Assembly (NCBI GenBank): GCA_963731735.1
Contig: CAVSWO010000001.1
Location: 761 to 64,760, forward strand
DNA length: 64,000 bases
Direction of reading: 5' to 3'
Source of the DNA: Candidatus Kerfeldbacteria bacterium
Lineage (GTDB): Bacteria > Patescibacteriota > Patescibacteriia > SBBC01 > CAIJZX01
Shown: in pieces, positions 1-8,771 of the stretch
Position numbering within the stretch: the stretch's first letter is position 1
How the letters are laid out: each line of letters opens with the position of its first letter
Program-made: the position numbers and the translations under genes
The notes under the pieces: model-generated
Told to the model about the DNA's origin: nothing
Databases searched by the model: none
The model's input: the letters and a program-made list of their open reading frames with translations, nothing else

Positions 1-60
1 ATTGTTTGGGTCAGAATAATAAAAATAGTAGTTGTTTTAGCGCCCGTACTGATTGGGTTC

Positions 61-1464
61 ATGATCCTCAACCACCGATATGTACTCACGCCGAGCCTGA
101 CTTACACATATAAGCCGGGTGGTAGGGTCGGAGTTATCGGTCCGGAACAACCAGAGTCGCTGCTTCAGACGGCTGATACGCAACTAAAATGGAAGCTTTC
201 AACAGAGACCCTTCCGATGCATGTTCGCATTCCGCGTATTTTGGAAACAGTGGATGTGCGATTACGACTTGACCCTGGCACTCAACCCTACGCATCTTTT
301 ACAGCGAAGGGAAAAAACGGGATTGATCAAACTTCAATTCTTTATGCTGAGGGATTGGAGAATCTTGACTGGAAAGCAATCCAAGAGAACGGCCTCACTC
401 TTTGGCAACGCAATGCGCAGGGCGCATATGCAAGTATTCAAAAATTTTTGGCCGATCCGCCCGATCCAACGCAAATCGCGGTTGCGGGCATCGATCGCAT
501 GGCTTTTTCAAAACCCGTCTTTGGTCAGACAGGTGCCAATACAACAACGGTCGCACATGATATACGCGGTTCGCATGCATTATATACATTTGTTGAGAAT
601 GGAAGTTTGTCGGTTCACATGCAAAAAATTGACCTTAATCGCGTACCGGGCCAAGATACACTGGTTATTCGGGTATATCGCGTAAGTACAGATTTGCAAG
701 AGAATCCGGTACCGGTCGCGATCTCAAAAGTTCAGGATGATGGGGACGCGAAGGACAGTGATCACCATGGAGACCCGCAACCGGTTGATTTTGTTGTCGA
801 TAATCTTCAGACGGGGATTTATCGGATTGAACTCGATACCAGCGAGGATGTACTCATTAGGGACCTAGCGGTTAATCAAGCATATCTGGCATTTGATCGG
901 CGAGTGTTTCTGGCCGAAGGGCCAACCTATGGAACAGATTTTGACCCGGTTTCACTCGCCACGAATGGATCCCAGGTTTCGGTGGCGGCGGTGCATGATG
1001 TCGGAAAACAAAAAATTAGCATTGGGTCTCATACGTTGGTGCTGAAAGATCTAAAAGTTGATGAAACCGCAACTGAATTAGTCGGTACCACTCATTTTCG
1101 CTTAAATCGCGGTGATGTAATTGTGCAATCAGATGGCCTGATTGAAATTGATGACGCAAAATTACTTTCAGCCGGTGCCAAATCACTCGATGTTACTGGT
1201 CCTAAATTGCGATTAAAAAACATAGATTATGTTTTGGCCCGATACGTGACTCACGCTAACGGGTCTATAGAATTTGATCAAAAGTATGATGTTAACGAGT
1301 TAGAATTATTTACTAACGATCTCAAATTTGTCCTGTATACGCCAAACTTGGTTTCGGGGAATTTTACCTTGGGTTTCAAAGATTTTAAAGTCCGTTTACA
1401 ACGTGGACCATTTCCGTGGTCAAAGATTCCGGAAAAAATTGGTAAGGTATTAGGACGAAAATGA
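61..1464 (+). CDS. hypothetical protein; the frame stays open back to window position 1, so it may be 5'-partial with a hydrophobic segment upstream
   Basis: 467-aa ORF with no recognisable catalytic motif. The same frame has no stop from nt 1 to 61 and encodes IIKIVVVLAPVLIGF, which looks like a TM segment. Its stop overlaps the next ORF start (ATGA). Confidence 0.5.
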   Translation: MILNHRYVLTPSLTYTYKPGGRVGVIGPEQPESLLQTADTQLKWKLSTETLPMHVRIPRILETVDVRLRLDPGTQPYASFTAKGKNGIDQTSILYAEGLENLDWKAIQENGLTLWQRNAQGAYASIQKFLADPPDPTQIAVAGIDRMAFSKPVFGQTGANTTTVAHDIRGSHALYTFVENGSLSVHMQKIDLNRVPGQDTLVIRVYRVSTDLQENPVPVAISKVQDDGDAKDSDHHGDPQPVDFVVDNLQTGIYRIELDTSEDVLIRDLAVNQAYLAFDRRVFLAEGPTYGTDFDPVSLATNGSQVSVAAVHDVGKQKISIGSHTLVLKDLKVDETATELVGTTHFRLNRGDVIVQSDGLIEIDDAKLLSAGAKSLDVTGPKLRLKNIDYVLARYVTHANGSIEFDQKYDVNELELFTNDLKFVLYTPNLVSGNFTLGFKDFKVRLQRGPFPWSKIPEKIGKVLGRK

Positions 1465-1880
1465 GAAGAGTTACTGTATCTTTTCCATGGCCTTTATCTC
1501 CAGCGGCAACGCGAGAAATTTTTTCATTTAGCTTTACGACGGCGCTGGTAACGTATTTATTGCTGTATCTCGTTGAAAGTCTTTCCCCGGGGGCAGTCAG
1601 TCGATACTATAATCTAGACCATTTTCTCTGGGTAACCATTATTTTGGGAGTCATTTCCAGTTTCTGGCCAGCCACTGTACAGAATGCGCGTGAGGATTCG
1701 AAACCGGATTGGAAGGATTACCTGTGGATAGTAGTGCTGGCGCTGGGATCTGGAGCCGTGATCTATAGTAAATCACAGGATCTTGGACTGATGGCGAAAA
1801 TTATTGCTCCACTCGGAGCTTTGATTGTATTCGGTATGGCACTTCTGGTCTATTTTGATCGTTCAGAAGACTCATCTTGA
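1461..1880 (+). CDS. small integral membrane protein (about 4 TM helices)
   Basis: 139-aa ORF translationally coupled to the upstream ORF. Hydrophobic helices: LVTYLLLYLVESL, VTIILGVISSFW, LWIVVLALGSGAVIY and IIAPLGALIVFGMALLVYF. Confidence 0.5.
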   Translation: MRRVTVSFPWPLSPAATREIFSFSFTTALVTYLLLYLVESLSPGAVSRYYNLDHFLWVTIILGVISSFWPATVQNAREDSKPDWKDYLWIVVLALGSGAVIYSKSQDLGLMAKIIAPLGALIVFGMALLVYFDRSEDSS

Positions 1881-1960
1881 CTATTTAGTACGAAGATACT
1901 AGGGTTGATTCGGACAGGGTGAATTCTATGGTTTGGACTCCATGGAGCAAGGAGGTTCAC

Positions 1961-2128
1961 ATGCCGAAGCCTGGCCATAACCGCCGTAAGAAAAACACTG
2001 GGCCCAGACCTAGGAACAAAGGTCGAGCGACTGATCAGCAACTCTCAGAGCTCATTCAACTTCTCAAGAAGCACCGCATTCACGGCCAACTCAAGTTCCG
2101 TCCCAACCGCGCCCTCTCACAAGAGTGA
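1961..2128 (+). CDS. very basic 55-aa protein (MPKPGHNRRKKNTGPRPRNKGRATDQQLSELIQLLKKHRIHGQLKFRPNRALSQE); function unknown, possibly nucleic-acid binding
   Basis: AAGGAGG at 1949-1955, five nt before the ATG at 1961. The stop lies inside the stem of a rho-independent terminator. This sits within the larger 1919..2128 ORF; the in-frame upstream Met has no RBS. Confidence 0.45.
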   Translation: MPKPGHNRRKKNTGPRPRNKGRATDQQLSELIQLLKKHRIHGQLKFRPNRALSQE

Positions 2129-2146
2129 GGGGGCGTACTTTTTTCG
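2112..2146 (+). terminator. rho-independent terminator after the small basic ORF
   Basis: Stem ccctctcac / gtgagggg with loop aaga, followed by cgtactttttt. Confidence 0.5.
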
Positions 2147-2196
2147 TGGTATAGGGGAGAAGGAATAGATTTTTATTCGTGTGATTCAGTCAAGGA

Positions 2197-3825
2197 TTGG
2201 CTAATTCACCTTGTTTGAAGAAAGAGTATTTTTTTGGTAGATTGAACTCAAATAATCTCATGCAAGCCCAAATATTTTCCCGCAAGAACCTGTACATTTG
2301 GTTTGGATTGGCAGTCTGGATCGTACTCGCGGGTTGGGCCAGCCTCCAGCCGAGTACCCAAGGATCGCCCGATGAAGCGGCGAACGCCTACTTCACCCGG
2401 CAAGTCGCCGCCAACGGTCAACTCGAAGTTGACGCCGCCACCCAGTTTACATTGACCGCTGACCAGCTGGCGTACTGGCACCCGCGGAGTATCCGGGCCG
2501 CCGGGACCAACCTACAATTATTGAGTTTTCCGGGCTTACCGCTGGCTGGGGGATTGATTGATCGCTTGCTGGGCAGGGACCTAGACCGCCTGCTGACGCC
2601 CTTCCTCGCGCTGTTTGGGCTATTTGCCCTCTACCGGATTCTGCGTCGATTCTGGAGCTCCTGGTGGGCTTGGCTGGGCACGGCTCTGGTGGCCCTGCAT
2701 CCGGTCTGGTGGGAATTTACGACCTTGCCGTATTTTCACAATGGCGCCTTCGCGGCGCTGCTGATCGTGACCGGTTGGCGATTGATGCGGCTGTGGGATT
2801 CCCATCGATCAGTCGATGCGGTCTGGACCGGTCTGGCGTTTGGAGCGGCTTTGTTTTTTCGTCCGGTCGAAGTGCTGTGGACGGGGCCGCTGCTGGCGAT
2901 CGTCCTGCTGGCCCAACGTCAATGGAAGAATTTGGCTCTGACGACACTTATCACCCTGGTGGTCCAGCTGGCCTGGTGGGTACCCGGTTGGGCGACGTAC
3001 GGACCCTCGCTGGGGGCCGGGTATTCCTCGGCGGTGGTCAGTCAAGCTGGTTCGGTCGTTACCCGCTCTTCCGCGACGCTGTGGTCTATCCTGACGCCTC
3101 CCGGCGGCTGGTCGTGGCACTGGCTGAGTTCAACCGGCTGGTACCTCGGGATGCTGCTGCCGAGTTGGACGCTGGCGGCCTTGGTGGGATTTGTCTTTTA
3201 CCTGAAACGCATCTGGCCGCAGCGCGGCAAGGTCTTGAAGATTAGCCTGGTAACCATCTTTGTAGTGTTTCCGCTGGTTTACTATGGCAGCTGGGATCTC
3301 TATCCGCTGGAGGCGCCGGGTACCGTCGGAGCGCTGGCCTCCTACGCGCGCTATTGGATTCCGTTGTACGTGGCGATGGTGGTCGGGGTACTCTGGTTCT
3401 TGAAGCGGTTGCGGAAGCAACCGGTCCTGCTGGCCTTGGCGATGACCGGACTGTGCGTCAGCCAAGTGACCGCGATAATCTGGCACCCGAACTCCGGCCT
3501 GCTGCATCGTCTCGATCAAGATCGAATGCAAGTTACGAAACGCCAAGCCGTGCTCGAGCAAACCCCGGCCGACGCCGCCATCATTGCCGGGCACATGGAT
3601 AAAGTGCTGTTTCCTGATCGCATCGTGGCTTTCCGTTTGCCTTCGACCGAGGCTGCCTGGGCGGCGGTTGAGAGCCTAGCCGGCACCCGACCGGTGTATG
3701 TCTACGGTACGCCGCGGCAGTATGATTCGGAAAATCTCGAAACCCAATTACGAACGCATCACCTGTCGCTTGGTCCACGCGCCGCCATCGGTTCCGATTC
3801 GCTCTGGGAGGTGCGACCGTTATGA
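2197..3825 (+). CDS. polytopic membrane glycosyltransferase of GT-C type (ArnT/PMT-like)
   Basis: 542 aa, at least 10 TM helices then a C-terminal soluble domain. There is a DE motif (QGSPDEAANAYF) in the first extracytoplasmic loop, as in GT39/GT83 enzymes. The true start may be an internal Met (MQAQIF...). Confidence 0.55.
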   Translation: MANSPCLKKEYFFGRLNSNNLMQAQIFSRKNLYIWFGLAVWIVLAGWASLQPSTQGSPDEAANAYFTRQVAANGQLEVDAATQFTLTADQLAYWHPRSIRAAGTNLQLLSFPGLPLAGGLIDRLLGRDLDRLLTPFLALFGLFALYRILRRFWSSWWAWLGTALVALHPVWWEFTTLPYFHNGAFAALLIVTGWRLMRLWDSHRSVDAVWTGLAFGAALFFRPVEVLWTGPLLAIVLLAQRQWKNLALTTLITLVVQLAWWVPGWATYGPSLGAGYSSAVVSQAGSVVTRSSATLWSILTPPGGWSWHWLSSTGWYLGMLLPSWTLAALVGFVFYLKRIWPQRGKVLKISLVTIFVVFPLVYYGSWDLYPLEAPGTVGALASYARYWIPLYVAMVVGVLWFLKRLRKQPVLLALAMTGLCVSQVTAIIWHPNSGLLHRLDQDRMQVTKRQAVLEQTPADAAIIAGHMDKVLFPDRIVAFRLPSTEAAWAAVESLAGTRPVYVYGTPRQYDSENLETQLRTHHLSLGPRAAIGSDSLWEVRPL

Positions 3826-4289
3826 TTGGACGCTGGATTGCCGGATTGAGTTTGGTGGGCTGGCTGATGGTGGCCGGTCTCGTGGTGCAGCATGCAGCGG
3901 CCTTGACCGGCACCACCACCCTGCGGTGGACCAATCTGACCCGCCCAACCCCGGCCATCAGCTGGGGCGCGATTCCGGAGACGGAGTCGGGTCGAGTGAT
4001 CATCAGTGCGGGACACGAACCAGGGTTTCGGGTCCGCTTGCCGCGCGGATTTGTTTCGGGGACGGTCAGCGTTCAAGCTGACCAAACAATCCCGGCCGGG
4101 CTGTCGCTGACCGCCGAGGCGCTCCCGACCGCTCAGTCGCCGGCCAGTACCATCCAAGGGTCGGTGCTGCAGCTGTCGGTCGATTGGCGCTCACTGGTGG
4201 CGCGCGGGCATGATTTTGTTTTCACCTTGCATAATCCAAGCGATCAGCCGGTCAAACTTTCGGCTATCACCATCACACTTCAACGATGA
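3822..4289 (+). CDS. membrane-anchored or secreted hypothetical protein
   Basis: 155 aa with an N-terminal signal/anchor (IAGLSLVGWLMVAGLVVQHAAA). ATGA-coupled to the GT-C gene. Confidence 0.5.
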   Translation: MIGRWIAGLSLVGWLMVAGLVVQHAAALTGTTTLRWTNLTRPTPAISWGAIPETESGRVIISAGHEPGFRVRLPRGFVSGTVSVQADQTIPAGLSLTAEALPTAQSPASTIQGSVLQLSVDWRSLVARGHDFVFTLHNPSDQPVKLSAITITLQR

Positions 4290-4513
4290 ACCGCGACGCG
4301 CCACTCGAACTGACCTTCGCCATCAACCTACTGGGTTGGTGCGCGATCGTAACGTTGGAAGCCATCCGCCCGGGTTTGGTGGCTGATGCGCTCAATCTCC
4401 ACTGGTTGGTACTGGGGAGCGTGGTGGTGACGCTGGCGGCTTATGCGGCGGGTTCGTTCCAGGCGACTTCGCGCAGCGATCCGTCGGATGGATCGAACGT
4501 CACAAATCGCTGA
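4286..4513 (+). CDS. small 2-TM membrane protein (tentative)
   Basis: 75 aa, ATGA-coupled to the upstream ORF. It overlaps the 3' end of the convergent PEGA gene by about 70 nt, which lowers confidence. Confidence 0.3.
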   Translation: MNRDAPLELTFAINLLGWCAIVTLEAIRPGLVADALNLHWLVLGSVVVTLAAYAAGSFQATSRSDPSDGSNVTNR

Positions 4514-5739
4514 CGGCTGAGGTCCACCAGCATCACCCGGGTTTGCGGGGAGAGGGGATAGTGGAAAGCGGTACCCTGTCCTTGGCGGACGCTGAGGCTG
4601 CGGATGATTACCTGATCTGCATCGGCGGTCAGCAGTAAATGTTTCGGTTCAAGCCAGACCGCCTGCTGGTAGCTGCTGGGTGTGCGTTCAACCAGGGCCA
4701 CCTGCCCGTTGATAGAGGTTTGGAAATCTACCCCGTTGAACCACAGCGGCGCTTGGCTGCCCGGTTCCCAGTACAGCCGATCGAGCCGGCCGAAATCGAT
4801 TTGATGGAGTTGATTAGTGAGGCTGGTATAGCTCAACCAACGCGTGTCCCGGGAAGAATTTTCTCGCACCACCAATTCCGGGGCCGGGACAAATTGCCAA
4901 TCACCATCCAGCGTGGTTACCAGTGTGGGTTGGCTGTTGCCGGTGCCGGTCAGGCGATAGAGCTGGGTTTGGTCGGCGGTTTGACTGGTATACCAGACCG
5001 CATCTTGGTCGGCGCTGAGTGACGTGGCGGCGGCAATCGGCTGGACGGTTTGGGCATAGGCGTCGTACTGATTGAGTTGTCCGGCCTGCAACCCGAACCA
5101 GACATTGTCCGAGTCGGCGCTCCAGCCTAGCTGGTCCAGCGGTGGCAAGCTCCAGCTGGCCGCCGATTGCCCGGTCGGAAAGACGGCGGTTTCGGTCTCC
5201 GACTGAAGAATTGTCAGTTGCGCGTGCGGACTCTCCCGAATGGTTTGGGGCTGGAAGGCGGTTACCAGGCGCGACCCGGCCGTCGGCCAGAGTTGCTGCG
5301 TTTGCCAACTTGATTCGGACGGGCGGGTCAGGCCGTAGACATGCTGGTGCGCCGCATCGGTCAACGCCGCCGTCAGATCAGACCCGAGCAGGGTAGTTTT
5401 CGGGAGCGTGGGATACAGATGGACCGGCCCGATGACGGTGGCCACATTCGGCTGGACGGCAATCACATGTTGCCAGCTCGTATAGCCGGCTCGCACCAGT
5501 TCCAACTGGTAGGAACCAGGCGCCAAGCCGGCCATCCGCTTGGGAGTTTGACCCTGAACCACGCCGTTGAGCCGGACGATGGCTCGAGGATCGGCCTGGA
5601 CAACAATCAAGCCCGTCTTGGTAATGCCGATCGACGGTTGCCAGCGATACCCAAAGGTGGCCGCCAACACCAGCGGCGCCGCAATCGCAAACACCACAAA
5701 GGCCAAAATATAGACTATCCGACGTCGAACCAGGCTCAT
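4441..5739 (-). CDS. membrane-anchored PEGA-domain protein with a C-terminal beta-rich domain
   Basis: N-terminal TM segment (IVYILAFVVFAIAAPLVLAA). PEGA-like segment (AIVRLNGVVQGQTPKRMAGLAPGSYQLELVRAGYTSWQ). Confidence 0.65.
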   Translation of the reverse strand: MSLVRRRIVYILAFVVFAIAAPLVLAATFGYRWQPSIGITKTGLIVVQADPRAIVRLNGVVQGQTPKRMAGLAPGSYQLELVRAGYTSWQHVIAVQPNVATVIGPVHLYPTLPKTTLLGSDLTAALTDAAHQHVYGLTRPSESSWQTQQLWPTAGSRLVTAFQPQTIRESPHAQLTILQSETETAVFPTGQSAASWSLPPLDQLGWSADSDNVWFGLQAGQLNQYDAYAQTVQPIAAATSLSADQDAVWYTSQTADQTQLYRLTGTGNSQPTLVTTLDGDWQFVPAPELVVRENSSRDTRWLSYTSLTNQLHQIDFGRLDRLYWEPGSQAPLWFNGVDFQTSINGQVALVERTPSSYQQAVWLEPKHLLLTADADQVIIRSLSVRQGQGTAFHYPLSPQTRVMLVDLSRQRFVTFDPSDGSLREVAWNEPAA

Positions 5740-5743
5740 GACT

Positions 5744-5772
5744 TTGACGGTCCGACCACGACCCGATACACT
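5744..5772 (+). promoter_or_regulatory. putative sigma70 promoter of murA (TTGACG-17-TACACT)
   Basis: -35 TTGACG at 5744-5749, a 17-nt spacer, and -10 TACACT at 5767-5772. The same hexamer pair recurs at 16181-16209. Confidence 0.4.
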
Positions 5773-5813
5773 ACGGTGCAGGCGCGCATATAGCCGCAGT
5801 CTACCATGTCTGT

Positions 5814-7133
5814 ATGAGTCACACCAAGCTATCGGAATACGTGATTGAAGGCGGCCATCCGTTATCCGGAACGATTGCGGTTCGAGGCGCGAAAAACGCG
5901 GCCTCGAAAATTTTATTGGCCACCATGCTCTCCGATCAGCCGTCGGTGATTACCCAGGTGCCGCTGTCTGGGGAAACTGATATCGCCGCTGAATTGATTG
6001 AGCAAATCGGCGGACGAGTTGACCGTCACGAACATACCTGGACGGTTTGCACGTCCCGGGTCCAGGCCAATAACTTACCGCCCCAAACCCGAAAAAATCG
6101 TTTACCAATCTTGACCCTCGGCCCGCTCCTCCAGCGGACCGGTCAAGCCGAAATCCCGATGGTCGGCGGAGATGCAATTGGACCGCGGCCCGTTAATTTT
6201 CACATTGATGCGCTGCGAGCCATGGGGGCGACGGTCCGGTTGGAGCAAGACCGATTGCGGGCCGAGACTCGCGGACTGCGCGGCGCCACGATTCGACTGC
6301 CATACCCAAGCGTCGGGGCGACCGAATCGATCGCGTTAACGGCGGTCTTGGCCGAAGGGCGGACGGTGATTGAGAATGCGGCGGTTGAACCCGAAGTTCA
6401 AGATTTATTGCAGATGTTGCAGATGATGGGCGCCATGATTGAATTACGTCCCAATCGCCGGGTGGTGATTGACGGTGTTCGACGCCTGGATGGGGCTCAG
6501 TATCGGGTGATGCCGGATCGGATCGAAGCGGCTTCGTTTGCCTGCCTGGCGCTGGCGACGCAGGGAGACTTGGTGGTTGAACACGCGCGGCAAGCCGATT
6601 TGTTCACATTTTTAACAACCATTCGACGCTTGCATGGGCGCTATGAAATCGACGACCAAGGAATTCGTTTTTTCGCGCCCGAACCCTTACACGGCGTGAT
6701 TGTTGAAACCGATACGCATCCGGGTTTTATGACTGACTGGCAACAACCGCTGGTCACCGTTTTAACCCAGGCCCAGGGGGAATCGATCATGCACGAAACG
6801 GTGTATGAAGATCGTTTTGGGTATACCAACGTGTTGAATCGAATGGGTGCCCGGATCGAAGTTTCGGATGCCTGCCTCGGGACCCTGCCGTGTCGGTTTG
6901 CCGGCCACGGGCACCAACACAGCGCGCGGATTCTCGGCCCGACAAAGCTCCATGGCACGACAATCGCCATCCCGGACATTCGGGCCGGCATGGCCCAGGT
7001 GATCGCCGCCCTGACGGCCGAAGGCACGTCGCGATTGACTGGCCTGGAACATTTGGATCGGGGCTACGAACAACTTGACCAACGACTCCAGGCAGTTGGC
7101 GCTCGTCTCCAGCGGACAGAACGTGTATACTAG
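5814..7133 (+). CDS. murA: UDP-N-acetylglucosamine 1-carboxyvinyltransferase
   Basis: N-terminus GHPLSGTIAVRGAKNAASKILLATML and active-site loop GGDAIGPRPVNFHIDAL match MurA. The catalytic position carries Asp, not Cys. Confidence 0.95.
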   Translation: MSHTKLSEYVIEGGHPLSGTIAVRGAKNAASKILLATMLSDQPSVITQVPLSGETDIAAELIEQIGGRVDRHEHTWTVCTSRVQANNLPPQTRKNRLPILTLGPLLQRTGQAEIPMVGGDAIGPRPVNFHIDALRAMGATVRLEQDRLRAETRGLRGATIRLPYPSVGATESIALTAVLAEGRTVIENAAVEPEVQDLLQMLQMMGAMIELRPNRRVVIDGVRRLDGAQYRVMPDRIEAASFACLALATQGDLVVEHARQADLFTFLTTIRRLHGRYEIDDQGIRFFAPEPLHGVIVETDTHPGFMTDWQQPLVTVLTQAQGESIMHETVYEDRFGYTNVLNRMGARIEVSDACLGTLPCRFAGHGHQHSARILGPTKLHGTTIAIPDIRAGMAQVIAALTAEGTSRLTGLEHLDRGYEQLDQRLQAVGARLQRTERVY

Positions 7134-7137
7134 CCCT

Positions 7138-8334
7138 ATGGCCCTCCGACCGCGATTCCTGACGTTGATGCTTGGTCTGTTTTTCCTATCCGCCGGATTT
7201 GGGCTGGGAGTCTGGTCCAGCTCGCCCACCGCCCCGCCGGCGGCCGCCGAGTTGGCAAATACCGTGGCCAATATTCGCACCCGCGATCAATCCGGCTGGA
7301 CCACCTTTCAACGCGTCTGGAATGAAGTTCACGCCACCTACTTGCGGCGTTCGGTCAAGGACCAGACGCTTGTTGATGGCGCAACCAAGGGGCTGGTTGA
7401 AGCCCTGGGCGACCCCTATTCGGTCTATTTGACCAAAAGCGAATCCCAGGACTTTCAGGCTGAAATTGAAGGTTCATTTGAGGGAGTTGGGATGGAAATC
7501 AGCGTGAAAAATAATGTCTTAACGATTATTGCGCCCTTACCTGGCAGTCCGGCCGAGCAAGCCGGAGTCAAACCCGGGGATGTGATCACCGCCATTGGCG
7601 ATCAAGACGCCTCGGCCATGTCACTCGATCAGGCGGTCCAAAAAATCCGCGGTCAGGCCGGTACACAAGTCACCATCACGGTTGCTCGCGGTGACCAAAG
7701 CCTGGATCTGACCATGACCCGCGACACTATCAAGGTCGATTCTGTCCAGAGCCATGTCGAAACGGTGGGTGACACCAAACTCGGCTATATCCAAATCAGT
7801 CAATTCTCTTCCGACACCGCAAAATTATTCCAGCAGGCGGTGCAAAATTTACTGGGCCAATCGGTCAGCGGGTTGATCCTGGATTTACGGAACGATCCGG
7901 GCGGACTGCTTGACCAAGCGGTCGCGGTCGGCAAAAAATTTATCCCGTCCGGACCAATCGTCAAAGAAGTCGATCGCAACGGAAAAATTACCACCCTGGA
8001 TGCCGATAATACGGCTACGCTGACCAAGATTCCGACCGTGGTGTTGATCAACGGTGGATCGGCCTCGGCGGCTGAAATATTGGCGGGCGCGCTGCAGGAC
8101 TACGGCCAGGCCACCATCATCGGTGAAACCTCATTTGGGAAAGGGACGGTCCAAGATTTTCAGACCCTGCCGGACGGATCGAGCCTAAAACTCACGGTGG
8201 CCGAATGGCAAACGCCGCATGGTCGTTCGATCCAAGATAACGGGATCACGCCGGATATTGCAGTAAAAAATTCAGACGATCCCCAAGCGACGGACGCGCA
8301 GCTCGACCGCGCAAAACAGGAACTCACCCAATGA
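7138..8334 (+). CDS. ctpA: carboxyl-terminal processing peptidase (S41 family)
   Basis: N-terminal anchor, PDZ domain (GVKPGDVITAIGD...VTITVARG), and S41 catalytic motifs LILDLRNDPGGLL and INGGSASAAEILAGAL...GETSFGKGTVQ. The start was chosen at the ATG at 7138 just after the murA stop. Confidence 0.9.
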   Translation: MALRPRFLTLMLGLFFLSAGFGLGVWSSSPTAPPAAAELANTVANIRTRDQSGWTTFQRVWNEVHATYLRRSVKDQTLVDGATKGLVEALGDPYSVYLTKSESQDFQAEIEGSFEGVGMEISVKNNVLTIIAPLPGSPAEQAGVKPGDVITAIGDQDASAMSLDQAVQKIRGQAGTQVTITVARGDQSLDLTMTRDTIKVDSVQSHVETVGDTKLGYIQISQFSSDTAKLFQQAVQNLLGQSVSGLILDLRNDPGGLLDQAVAVGKKFIPSGPIVKEVDRNGKITTLDADNTATLTKIPTVVLINGGSASAAEILAGALQDYGQATIIGETSFGKGTVQDFQTLPDGSSLKLTVAEWQTPHGRSIQDNGITPDIAVKNSDDPQATDAQLDRAKQELTQ

Positions 8335-8771
8335 AGATCGTCCTGACCAAACGGCACCCAACGCTTGGCCAGCCCGGTCAAATTGTCGAGGTGGCGGATG
8401 CGTTTGCGCGGAATTTTTTACTGCCCAAGGGATGGGCGACGGTGGCTACGACCGAACGGATTGCGCAGACGGCGGCCAATCAGCAGCAGCGGGCCAAATC
8501 AGCCGAGCGTCAACGGCAGCAGTGGCGAGCCGCGGCTGCACAGGTCCAGGCGGCCGTCATACCGATGACTGCGGCGGCCAGTCCGACCGGAAAATTGTTT
8601 GCCGCCCTCAAGACGGCGGATTTGATGTCGGCCGCGGCGGCGCAGGGGCTGACCCTCTCGGACGCCGCCCTGGAACCCGATCACTGGAAGACGACCGGCC
8701 GGCACCAGGTCGCGGCCGTCTGGCCGGATGGTTCGCAAGCCCAATTTACGCTGGAGGTAACGGATGGCTAA
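8331..8771 (+). CDS. rplI: 50S ribosomal protein L9
   Basis: MKIVLTKRHPTLGQPGQIVEVADAFARNFLLPKGWA matches the L9 N-domain. ATGA-coupled to ctpA. Confidence 0.85.
   Translation: MKIVLTKRHPTLGQPGQIVEVADAFARNFLLPKGWATVATTERIAQTAANQQQRAKSAERQRQQWRAAAAQVQAAVIPMTAAASPTGKLFAALKTADLMSAAAAQGLTLSDAALEPDHWKTTGRHQVAAVWPDGSQAQFTLEVTDG

Noticed and set aside
2248-3602. Multiple overlapping ORFs inside the GT-C gene on both strands (e.g. 2664..3245 +, 3130..3594 -).
   Set aside because: They are alternate frames of a well-supported polytopic membrane protein gene. Their Arg/Pro/Gly-rich products are typical of GC-rich noise.
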